NCBI GenBank assembly: GCA_965644265.1
Contig: OZ286473.1
Span: forward strand, 84,258,001-84,321,671
Length of the DNA: 63,671 bases
Origin: Glycera tridactyla
Taxonomy: Eukaryota
Direction of reading: 5' to 3'
Positions 51,801 to 63,671 of the stretch are shown here, in pieces. Made by a program: the position numbers and the translations under genes. The notes beneath the pieces were generated by a model that was not told where the DNA came from, ran no database searches, and saw only the letters and a program-made list of their open reading frames with translations. Each line of letters opens with the position of its first letter. Positions within the stretch are counted from its first letter, which is position 1.

Positions 51801-54278
51801 TTTATGTCGGTGTACTAGACCAATATATGATGATCTAAGCATTCACACACTTGTTGGGTGCCATTATGGTTTTCGGGTCGTGAAGATGTGCAGTATTGCA
51901 AACAGTTTATTGTGAATTATGTCAGTATTGCATGAAAGCTCCTATGTGCTCAAAGATAGGTGCAAATGTACGGAAGCCAAAATAGCGAAATTCTCAAAGA
52001 GATGTTCTACAGGCTGCACTCAACTTTGAAAAAGCTTGTATTCTAGGAGCAAGAATTTAACCCATATCAAATACTGCCCTGGGTCGATTCTCAATGTGTG
52101 ATTGTGCTTACACTTCCGGAAAACATATAAGTACATGTATAATGCAAATTTGCATACAGACTATGATAGTGAATTTGGCCTTTCAGTGAAAATAATGGAA
52201 CGCTATGACTTCGTCCCACTTCCTCGAATATTACTTGAGAAGAATATATATCAGTTCCTGCTGTTATCGGCATCTGGACACTAGTTCACGCAGATCTTGC
52301 CACAGATGTTAATAAAATGAAATAAATCATATATTGTGGGGAAATATTCTCATAACGAGTTCATATAGCTGAGGTCAATGAACAAGAATTGGCACTGATC
52401 AGAAAACGTCTGAACTCACATGTGAATCTTGTTCAAAATAATGAGCGCCTGATCGCATAGCTCAATCCCCACCCATATAACGTTTTTCATAGCTTATTAG
52501 AGACACATACTTTTCAGGTCTGTTCAAAGTTCAAATTTTGTGGTCGAGTATATGATATGAGATTTCTGCGAGCTTGCATCATCCACTGCTATTAATGATA
52601 AAATGGATAATGATCATCATAATGATACCAAAATCAAAAGATACAATAGTAATCATACAATGACTGTTAAATCATGGATGAGCACGATTTGAATATGTAT
52701 GAAAGCACAAATAATCAATATGAAATGATACCATCAATGGCACTATGACTTCAACCATTTAATGGCCAGCGGATAGCTTTGAAATACATTGAGCAAACAG
52801 TCCATTCACGGGGTAGGTTTTGCTTTTTAAATGTTCAACCTCAGCTAGATGCACTTGTAGACAAATCAGATTAGGTAGCATTTCATGCCACCAACATACA
52901 CACACGGAAGGAGAAAGAAATGTTGAAATGCACATGGTTGGTGATAGAAGAGAGTTGTAAGATGAATGGACATGGTCATCATCTTGTTAAAGTACTATGC
53001 ACAAAATCAGATCATGCAACCAGCCATGCCCATGGCATGGGCGTCTTAATATGAGACATGAAACAAAAAGCTCCTTCATGCTCTGAAAAAAACCTGCTTT
53101 CATTCACACTTTCATGCTTAAATGCAAACATAACATCAGTGCACCTCATATAATATACATAAATTGCCTCTTAAATCTATCATCAGCAACTTGATCATGA
53201 CCACAATGATTTAATTGAGCATGACTTGCATCCCATTGTCACTCATCGACATGAGTCCTGAACTAATCAAATAGCATAATTCGACAAAAGAAAATATGAG
53301 CAGGATGCACTGTCCCAAAGTGGGTTCTATCTTAGATTAGCAAAATCTAGTGATCCATTTGACAGCCTTGATATCTACTCATAATTATATTTTTCGATTT
53401 TGTCCCATCAAGTCTACTCGAGTAATATAAGATGGAGCAAGACATTGTTGGTTAAACATGGTTGTCTGATATTTGATCATGTCATTTGGTGGTCTTTACC
53501 TTAACTGACTACCTGCTAGCATAGGTGACTTACGAGCACATACCCAACCATTGTCCAGAGAAATGATTGACATGGTGTTGGATCGATGGCTTTCCGGATC
53601 CATCTACATTAACCATCAAATAAGTACATATCTGATTCGCATGAGGTTGCATGGTATGAATCACCCCCGAGGATATATTTGTGTCACTTTTTTGCAAGAC
53701 AACCTGGGACTGAATTGAATAACAATCTCCCATGTCATCTTCATCACGCTTTAATTTTCAGTGTACTCATTCGGCATTATGAAGGCTAGTAGTATATAAT
53801 CTATTGGAAACACTACCTGTGATTATTATGATTGAATCGTATGCATGATTCAAAACATTGCCTGATCGATTAATATATCTTTATCTAATTTAGTCATCCA
53901 TGTAAAAAATCATATATTACAGTTACTCTCATATAGAAAATTTCTTTCCAAGTGAGAGACTAATTGAGGAATACTTTTTCAAGATCATACAACCCCCCCC
54001 CCCCCAAGGTGTGCTATTCACAGTAATACATGATGAGATTTTACCCTTTTTTCTTCACCTCTCAATGAGCTCAGCTGTCTAGTGAGGATACGTGGTGTGA
54101 CACAGGATCATCTCCAAATGATAGTCTGATTCAGGCATTTTTCTATAAGATCATACAACATCCCATGGGGTGCTATTCACAGTAATATATGATGAGATTT
54201 TGCCCCTTTTTCTTCACTTTTGAATGAAATTAATTGCCTAGTGAAAACATATGGTGTGACACAGGGCGTTGTACTTAC

Positions 54279-54484
54279 AGACTGTCTTGAGCCGGTGCTC
54301 TGCGTGGTCATGGTGAGGACGGTGAGCAGTCCTATGGTGACCCGTGCAGGGATGGCATCCACCGATATCCAGAAGGCTACCCAGGAGAGGATGACGATCA
54401 GCACACTCGGCACGTACAGCTGGATCATGTAAAAACCTATGTCTCGTTTTAAGATGAAGTCCACTTTTAAACATGGATATGAAC
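54279..54484 (-). CDS. Cys-loop chloride channel exon: end of loop C, M1, M2 pore (206 nt)
   Basis: ttttggcag|GT ... TCT|gtaagt; (G)SYPCLKVDFILKRDIGFYMIQLYVPSVLIVILSWVAFWISVDAIPARVTIGLLTVLTMTTQSTGSRQS; PAR motif marks anion selectivity; start phase 1 matches the upstream exon, end phase 0. Confidence 0.97.
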
Positions 54485-54561
54485 CTGCCAAAATAGAATA
54501 CAAACAGTAAATGCACCAGTATCAATACAGGCCAATATATTTGCATATGGGAGTTGGAACA

Positions 54562-54633
54562 TGAATCATGTAGAAACACATGTCTCGTTTTGAGATAACG
54601 TCCACTTTCGATATGAATCTGCCAAAAATAGAA
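54562..54633 (-). pseudogene. Decayed partial duplicate of the acceptor and 5' part of the M1-M2 exon
   Basis: tgaatcatgtagaaacacatgtctcgttttgagataacgtccactttcgatatgaatctgccaaaaatagaa aligns to 54421-54499 with substitutions and a 7-nt deletion. Confidence 0.8.
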
Positions 54634-55680
54634 GGGTTACATTCATGTGCAATTCATGTACACATACAGTAGACACGTCTATATAACGAGAAATTCTAAG
54701 TAAGAGTAAATTGAAACCAGAATTGACACTTGTATTGATTCATAATTATCCAATCAGTGACTAGAAACGCTATCAATGTATGCCAAAAAAACCCTTCATG
54801 GAAGTAAAATCTACATATTGAAATAGTAGAAATGTCATCTATCAATGTATATCACAGTAGTGGTTGAACCTGCCAAAAATGGCACACAGTATATTCGAGT
54901 CTGAGTCACTTTAATCATCATTCACGGGCTACATCCATGTACTATTTGTACAGGATAGTTGATATGACCGTGAACAAAACATACAGTAGACAGTTCTATA
55001 TAACAAGAAACTCTAACTAAGTAAGAGTATATTGAAACCAGAATTCACATCGGTTTTGATTCAGTATCATTGATTTGGGGGCTAGAACCCTTATCAATAT
55101 ATGCCAATCAAACGCTCCTGAAAATAGAATCCACATGTTGAAATAGTAGCTGTGGCATCTGTCAGTTGATACCACAGTGGTGACTGAGTCACCATTCAAT
55201 GTAAGTCGAGTAAACACTCAGGAATGTAACATTCAGTTCTCTGAGCTCACAAATAGTCATGTTCTGCTCAGAATAAATGATGTAACAAGAATAACTCGAC
55301 CTAAAGACACCCAATGTTCATGACATTATCCTACCACCAGCTCTGACCACTTTTATCCAGGTATGTGAGCATATTTGATACTAAAAGATCAAACGTACTC
55401 CCTTTTTCTTCATCACCAATCTTGGTGAAAACCATACACAGCACTGTTTGATAATGAAAGTAATGCATGGAACGAATATGCTGTCAATGATCCAAGAAGT
55501 ATACCACAGATTTATACAAATTGAACCCAACATATCACGTCCACAGCAAAAATTAAATCAAAATCTGGCTGAGCAACCAAATGATGTATACCTCACTAAG
55601 TTAGAGGTCGTACCATATTGGCCTCTCTTCAATTTTCAATCAGTTATATAGAAGTACAGACACTTGTATACAGAACTTAC

Positions 55681-55812
55681 CTGTTGTGTAGTTTTGTAAA
55701 CAATCATTGAGGGTAAAGTTGACAAGTGAGAATTGCGGAAGTTGTATATTGGCTTCAAATTCTACAGGCGACTCTAACCACTTGTATACTATATGAGACG
55801 TTGTATAACCAA
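55681..55812 (-). CDS. Cys-loop chloride channel exon: loop B to loop C (132 nt)
   Basis: cttatttcag|TT ... G|gtaagt; (F)GYTTSHIVYKWLESPVEFEANIQLPQFSLVNFTLNDCLQNYTT(G). W..., LPQF and the loop-C Cys are conserved; absent from the ORF track. Confidence 0.95.
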
Positions 55813-58685
55813 CTGAAATAAGAAGGAAAGAAATGCACTCGTTAGCGATGACATATATAGACAGATCATCCAGNNNNNNNNNNNNNNNNNNNNNNNNNNN
55901 NNNNNNNNNNNNNNNNNNNNNNNNNNNNNNNNNNNNNNNNNNNNNNNNNNNNNNNNNNNNNNNNNNNNNNNNNNNNNNNNNNNNNNNNNNNNNNNNNNNN
56001 NNNNNNNNNNNNNNNNNNAATCATCATTCAGATCTTTGATAGTATTTTACCTGGCAATCGATACATATAAACCTCCTCTCGTCATATTTCAGTACATTTC
56101 CTGAGTAGAATCGGTGCTATGCCCTACAAAGTCAACGCTTCAATTTTCTTCAGAAACCTAATGGGTAATTTGTGTGCATAAGCTATTTGCCACGGTTCCA
56201 GGTCACATCACTTATATCAATTCCAAGTCATTCACATTTGGTCACTCCCAAAGAATTAACAGGTTGTAAGTATCTTCGGATGGATGAAGACGAACAATAG
56301 AAACAGACTGACATGATATTAAACAATTTTAGTACCATGGGCAGTAGGGATATCAAGAATGACATATGGTATATCTACGAGATTCATTTAATATAAGGGT
56401 TATTATGAGGGGTACAGATGAGTAATCAGCATGTCCGTGGGGACACCACCACATATGGAATGACTACTGGTGATCTGACTCCCTGATTTTACCATTATAC
56501 TTACCCTTGCTGAGGTTAATATCTCAATATGAATATAAGCATATATCAATTGATCTCTTTCAATGTGAGACTTCTGGTGAATGAAATCGCTTACTTTCGG
56601 GATTTAAGATTCCCCTCAGTATTTTTGAGACTGCCTAACACTCATATTGGAGGTTTTGATTGATGACCCTGTGGCGACATCAGCCCATCTCTGATGTGAA
56701 TCACCACCCTCATACCAAACCCATACGACTTCTATGTAGTGATGGGCAAATACTGAAACCAAACCTAATGTTTTGCAGGTCACAGGTTACAATTCAGAGT
56801 TGTGAGAGAAGCCTTGAGTATGTAGCAACGAATAGCTGGAGACTGTTGGTGATTTATTACATCTTCTCAAGTTTCCCCTACATTCATCTATGCGGCAATG
56901 GCGAAATATGGAGAGAATCTCATACAATTTTGCTGTTTATTAGCTGACTGGTGACGTAGCTTCTCTCAATATATAATACAATGTGTTGTTGGATAGGGGA
57001 CCATTGAACATGGACGGTAAACACGAATGAGGGATGGTTGTTGTTATGTCATGTTTCACGAAGTAAGGCGAACAAGATTTTAACAAGTTCAAGAAGGAAA
57101 TTAATTAAGAAGGCAGAAGATAGTTTGTATGTGGCATAAATGCAAGACTGATCACTCTGATATCACCTCACCCGTGTGATATCAATGGTCAGACCACTCA
57201 GGGCGGTGATTCGTGCTATAATGTCACCTCCCCCCCTTCACCACATTAGAAACTGTTACATTGTGTCATGGCGGAGATTACAAACTTGTATTCACTTATA
57301 TCGCTAAGTACAGCACCAACTTGATGCTAATCCCGTAATTCCCTATATCTATGGTTTTTCCGAGAAACTGTCCATAACCTAGTAATGAATTTGAATTAAG
57401 TGCTTAACCAACCATCCCTGTGCTACCTCTAAGCCCCAATATATTACAATGAGGGCGCTTGTCTGCAATCGTTTTCCGAAAGGACACTGCATATGAAGGT
57501 GGAATACATCCTTTTGTTAACAGTTATCCCACCAACCAACCCTCCCGTAGTTGTGTTCTACTTTCAATCCGCTGTCATAGGAAACATTCAGAGGTGCGAA
57601 CGTTTGAGAACGATTAGTGGAATGAGGGGGCTGAATGAACAACATGCAGTAATTGTAGAGATTGGAGAGGAATGTTATCAGTACATCAAATCAGAAGATG
57701 ACAACACCATTGACGCACCGCAGTGAGACAACGAGGTGTCAGATATTGCAGTCAGTGTACAGACGACTTTCTGAAGACACATGCTATGTTAGATCTGAGC
57801 TTGTATTATTGGAGGAAACAGCGAAGGTGAAGCCGTGTGCAGAAGACCCTAAACACTCGTGTCACTTGATATGAATCAGAGATTTAAAAAGAAAATCACA
57901 CCTTTAAATATAGTCTGGGTGTTGTACAATGGTTAGGAATTTCAAGACGTGTACACTTAATTCACGGAGATTCGCAATATCGATGACCAAATGTCTAGAT
58001 GATTGATCAATCAATCAATCAATCGAGCAATAGATCAATCAATCAATCAATTGATCGGTCAATCTACCAATCGAAAGCAGAATCAAATTCACAAACACGC
58101 TGTTCATCAAGCAGTTCTGAACGACATTTTGAACTTCTGAAGAAAAGGGACATCTAGCGTTATGTTTTGGAAGCATTCGTTCCGTATCCCGCCTGACGGC
58201 GCTGCATGGATCAGGTATTGGATGATGCATAACAGCCCAGTGGACGCATCTCACAGACGCGGCCCATCATTGAAAAGTTCGGTGGCGCTGTATTCTTTCA
58301 AATACTTTCCACCAAATGTAAAAAATGCATGATCAAGGCGCGAATGAATTCGAATGCGAATTATCCCTTTTCAAAGTGACCCCGATAGACGAAGATTTTA
58401 TAGTCAGGAGAACATGTTCGAAACTATATATATGGTTAAGAGTGCTGTAATCACATGCTCGAATATTTCTATATGAATTATACCGAGACGCATGGTCCTA
58501 CTCGAGAAGATCACAAAACTTGTCAGTAGTGGGACGTGTGTGGTTTAGACATGCGTGTAGGAGAGGACTGAGTCACGTGCTCTGCAAGTAAGATGTCTGT
58601 CAGCACGAAGCAGGACTCTGAATGGAGGACATGGCATGAACCATCATCATTTGATGAAGATACTTGATGTCATGGTGATAGGATT

Positions 58686-58687
<2 letters not shown>

Positions 58688-58760
<73 letters not shown>
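58688..58760. repeat. (GAT)n microsatellite
   Basis: Directly visible. Confidence 0.95.
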
Positions 58761-61700
58761 TGATAGTGATGATGGTCTTGTGCTGTGCCCTCATTCAGAA
58801 TCCTGTCTCTTGCTACATAAATCCTTTATCTGCCTTGGAGGGAAACCCGTGATACGTAAAAATGACTGAGCTGGAAATTGTTACATTATATTGGATAAAA
58901 CTTCGCCTACTGTTTAGTAGATGGCGGTTGCACTGCTTGCTTCGGCTTCATCATTTCGTGACCCAATGCCTTCACACATTATACTCATATCCTGTCCGAA
59001 TCATCTCATAAATCTGCTCTTGTCTTCCTGGGGAAAGTTTCGTTTGGAAGTGTGTGGAAAGTGTATTTTGGGGAGTGGCTGGGAGGCATACGGGAGCTGA
59101 TAGGATGGTCACGTCTGAGGGTAAGTTGGAAGATCACATTAGCATCTGCTGGTGGGTGGCAATATTCCTTCTGGTAGTTGCTGGGAAGATTTCATCCAGT
59201 AGTGGGCGAGGTTTTCATCTGGTAGTGGGTGGCGAGGATTTCATCTGGTAGTGGGTAGGAAGGTTGAGTCTGGAAGCGGTGGAGGGGCAGCATTCGGAAG
59301 TAGATAGCAACGCATCGTCTGGATTTTATTAAGTTCACGTCGGGAGGTTAGTGCGATGGTAACATTTGGAAGTAGATGAGTATGTAATGTCGGGAAATGG
59401 GTGGCGAGAAATGACTATGTCTCTGTTTGATCAATCTGAACTGGGGAGCAAACGTTAGGCAGTAATAAAGGAGCGAATCAGTACAAATTGTAATCAGCAA
59501 CGATCACGTGCAGATAGAACCGACAAGGCATTCACTGATATACTGTCACATCTGGTTGCATGTAAGCTAGAACTGGGATATGGTATAGTGCGTGAATAGG
59601 GATGGATGCCGAAGCAAAGTCAGGCAGGACCGCGCGGTTAGGACTCCTCATGGTTCCCATCAGTAACGACAGGTGGCAGGGCATGAAACCACCCGCCACC
59701 TATCGCCAAGGACGAGAGGCATGTCAGATGGCTACTTGCAGTCGAGTGCGGCATCAACAAATGCACCACAGCAACAACAGTATAGGTGTTGTGACTAGCC
59801 TCCCGTGACTAGCCTCTAACATGGATGTCTTCTTCCCACATATATCTCGTGGTAAAAACATAATTCAGCCTCCGTGTTGCATGTCACACAAGATGCGTCT
59901 GTTGTTGTCGCATTCCGTCTGTAAGTAGCCTAGATAGGGGCATTCAAGCTGTTCGGAATCACACCTATTAACGCCTCCGTTACTTACAACTCTCGAAGAA
60001 GATAGGACAGTGTTGTGTGTCCAGGGGATATTTTTGCAGGAACATTGGACAAGAGAGAAGGGCGGTGATCCTGCAAGTCAGATTATCAACATGACCTAGA
60101 TTTATTATCGCGCTAAATCACTTTCATATTGTTTATATCGTCCATATCTTCCCGGTAAGATAAGGCACCGCCTGGCGGTGACCAATAACCTGTCATCCTG
60201 ACATCTACCGGACTGCCTGAGAACAACGTCATCATCATGCACCCAATAAGTTTATTACTGTGTATGATTCATGTTGTAGGGGTAGGAAATATAGAAATAT
60301 AGAGAAAACACGGGGACACAGAGGGAAATTAATTTTGGGTTGCATAGATAGTAAATTCGAGAATTTAGTGAGTTATATTTTGGGATACAGTCATCAATCA
60401 ATAACCTTCTCCGGAAGTTCATGGGATGTTACGAATATTCGATTGTTCAAAGTGGATTGAGACATTAATGATGACGTTATTATCGGATCGGGTATTTGAC
60501 CTGTATGGAGGAAAAAGGCGACTATATATCCAACCAAACATGCCTGATTGTCAGCCCTAAATTGATAAAATTGCTACTATCTTGACGACATTAATCCTAG
60601 AACCTTGGAAATGTGTGAGATCGAGACATTTACACCTTCCCTTGGAGACCAAGAAGAAGCAGTCTTGTTCCCATCCATATCCATTGTATGGGTGTCTCAC
60701 TATTGCCCATGGTTGAATATTTGTTTGGTTTATGTCTCCAGGGTACCGCCTGTGATATTATAAGACGCCCATTCACTGCATCTGTGTGATATCCTTCAAA
60801 ATTCCCACTTCTGAGTACCTACCGAAGGTGCGAATTTATTGAATTCACAGAAGCTCAATTAAATCCAGGTGGTGCTCACAGGGCATGAATCTACGTTCAC
60901 GTGTTGACGTGAGCATTGCTTATTTGAATCCGATAAAATGATTTGTAGAAATGGCAGAGTAGGTGTTTAATGACAAGGACATTGGTAATGCAGGCATCAT
61001 GGCTGGATAAACAGTCTACTGTGTTTGATTATAGGACATCAATATTGAATGCGAGGGAACCAGTCAACCACGAATGAGATGGATCAATAACATATGGATC
61101 TCTTATCACTCTTCCATGGCCAGACACCCTTCTCACTTAGTATCCAGTGCAACCAAAGTGGTGTTGATATTTCCCATCACCATGGTTACCATGATATATC
61201 ACAGATCGTGGAGATTCTTCAATACGATATTCCTATGATATCTCTACATCGGACGTGGGATATCTCTACATCGGACGTGGGATGCGGGAATTTAACACTT
61301 CACAGTGTCTAGATATATTTGTTCTGGTTATAGAATATGTGAAAATCTTCTTTATCTATCGCCCTAATATTTCAGAATGAGCAGCACAAGATTCCTTCTT
61401 TGAATACTGACAATATAGTTCAACCTTGTCGGAGATGCTCCACTACATAGTGACATTATATTTCTCGTTTGCTCAAGTGTATGGGTGATTACTTTTTCCT
61501 GAATATATTTTATCCAAATATCGTAGAATATGGAACCATCCAAGGTCCAGTTTACAGAAGATTGATGCAAGACATTGTCTGGTTCCTGATACAGCATGTC
61601 ATGATCCTCGTGGTTGATGATAACAAACACAAAACAAGAAAAAAAAAACAATACAGTGGACACCAAACTTCCAAAGACCACCTGCTATGCGCAGAGGCTT

Positions 61701-63197
61701 CTATTGGAGGTCAGGCGATCTCATCAAGTCTGTCATCACAATGGGAGAAGAGAAAAAATAAAGCACAGAATGTCAGCACTCATTTCCAGCAAGGTAGCGT
61801 TTTGTTTGGACGTAGTCCATGCACATTAATATCCATTGGATGTATACATCAAGCTGCAATACCAAGGGGATACTGATAAAGGTTCTGAGTATCTCAAACA
61901 TTTCTGTCTGCCCTCTGACTCAAATCTCAATCTGAAGTAAAGTTTGTGTGTTGGATCTATTACCACTGTAACCGCTGTTCACGCACGAGCATTAGCGTCC
62001 TATCTAGTACATGATCAGAAATCCCATCTAACAGTTTATTGGATGATAGGTTGGGATGTGTTTGAACTGTAGGCTACCTAGAATTGCATTGGACAGATCA
62101 TCCAACTCTCATAATCTAGGAAGAAAACGGCATATGTGAATCTTTGGTCTTGGACATGCCATCAACTTCGAGCCACTCTAGCTCTCAGTATATTGCTCAC
62201 AAAATATGCACATATCCAGTGCAAATCGACGATCATGTTCACTCATTCATCAATAACAACAACTCCTTGAGTGGCTGTCAATTTCATATTTTTTCACTAT
62301 TCATTTGAGACACATGCCATTTACATGTGCATCTCGATGAAGCCCGAACGGTGCTAAAAACCAACCACCAAGTCAAGTACCTATGCTCTTCGATAGTGTA
62401 GTGTTCATACAACCATCAGACTTTCGAATATGAACAATATTCAGGTTTGTCCTACATTTTGAATGATAAGTATTGATGGTCCGGCAGTGACAGTGTCTCG
62501 CATAGGGAGAAACATATCGAAAAAGCCAGAACGATTTGGCGCCTGAAAAGCAAGTTGGCTTTTTACATCTAAAAACAATTGAATTTAATCCGGGTTGAAG
62601 TTCATCTGCCAAGATGATGTTTTCTTTGTTGTGATGATCTCCGTCTGTCAGTTTCATGCCAAAAGGTCATTCTCAAATTGTTCACCAAAATGTTCGACAT
62701 CCTAACTTTAACCGCTCACAATATGCAGATTAGGAATCAGTGGGTCTTTGATGGATTATTGAACATAAATTATATGAGAAAACCAGAAAAGCGAATTGCT
62801 GACGAACCTTTCTACTGGTATCATGAAATATTCGTCACGTCATTAACCAGAACAGATGATGATATACATTAATATACTTTTTAGTATTTGAAAAATAAAG
62901 AAATCACAGAAGGACCTATTGAGTGAGGGAGTAATGCCTAACATCTCAGCATTGACCAATTCATCTATTGAGGTCCAGTATATGGCTAGTATACGTCTTG
63001 AGGAAGATGCCATGGAGCGGAGATCTCATATCGAGAAACTCTGCTCATAAAATCATAGAACAAATAGAAATGTTGAATATTGGGTCAGATAAAGCTGTCA
63101 TGGAGATATAAACCATGGTGATGACAGACTTGGAAAAGAGGAGGAGAAATATGATTAGACAACATCAATATGTAGATTTCATTTCGATATAACTTAC

Positions 63198-63280
63198 AAC
63201 TTTCAAACATCATAGGGCACGATTGGGTGTCCAGTGGATATTTATGAAGGCGCATGGGACAGGATAACGTGGCAGTAATT
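63198..63280 (-). CDS. Cys-loop chloride channel Cys-loop exon (83 nt); upstream exons lie beyond the window
   Basis: cattttgcag|A ... T|gtaagt; (R)ITATLSCPMRLHKYPLDTQSCPMMFES(F), C-x13-C signature; the 83-nt size matches the conserved Cys-loop exon of GlyR/GABA-A genes; T+TT=Phe joins the 55812 exon. Confidence 0.95.
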
Positions 63281-63671
63281 CTGCAAAATGAGCACATCAT
63301 ATGTCATTTTCAAAGACATACGCAATACCTAGAATACGTGAAACACTTAATGATACGACCCCCATCACATCGATACAGCTTGAAGAAGAAACATGTCACA
63401 TTCATACAGTTCTTAAGTGAAAGCTATTCTAGGTAGCCCTACCTGGGGACACCAACAGTTGCACCTTAGTGGTCTTGTACAGGTGGAAAAACGAGTGAGA
63501 AACCCCCTATCACAAATTTTCGAAGTAACAGCTCATAGCATATTGCTGTCCACTAAAGTGACTCCTCAGGACTGTGCCACTGTCATTAATTCAAATAATA
63601 CATCACTATATCCAATCATCAATTATATGTTTATTCCATATACAGCTGGGTTGATGAGATAGCACATGGAT

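Noticed and set aside
60169-60183. Palindromes CACCGCCTGGCGGTG and CCACCAGGTGG (~44885) resembling CTCF sites
   Set aside because: Partial matches expected by chance in 63 kb.
61247-61280. Short perfect tandem duplications (here and at ~16197-16255, ~28139-28173, ~40242-40318)
   Set aside because: Ordinary slippage duplications with no further structure.

Overview
Eukaryotic (animal) genomic DNA from a draft scaffold with 7 N-gaps, spliceosomal introns and many microsatellites; a lophotrochozoan/mollusc-like source is inferred, not proven. No prokaryotic features, rRNA/tRNA or CRISPR. Minus strand: (1) a >=787-codon repeat-rich disordered ORF missing from the ORF track because it runs off the window start (ATG 2361 to <1); (2) an intronless GT10 alpha-1,3-fucosyltransferase (7478-8719); (3) the 3' two-thirds of an anion-selective Cys-loop receptor gene (GluCl/glycine-receptor-like) over ~43 kb (20344-63280). 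Plus strand: one 245-aa intronless orphan ORF. Most striking: the channel gene has ONE visible set of Cys-loop, loop-C and M1-M2 exons but TWO complete, selectively conserved M3+M4 terminal exon pairs in tandem (A: 36620-36802 + 35242-35424; B: 23695/23617-23916 + 20344-20520), all phase-0 compatible. This predicts subunits with the same ligand-binding domain and pore but swapped M3, intracellular loop and M4. The two M3 helices differ only at the GlyR A288-equivalent modulator-pocket residue (Ser vs Leu). Cassette A needs a GC donor, cassette B has tandem duplicated donors, and decayed duplicates flank the pore exon. Also present: two TA-flanked MITEs, a 17-bp satellite (~1.8 kb) and an 18-copy 59-bp minisatellite.
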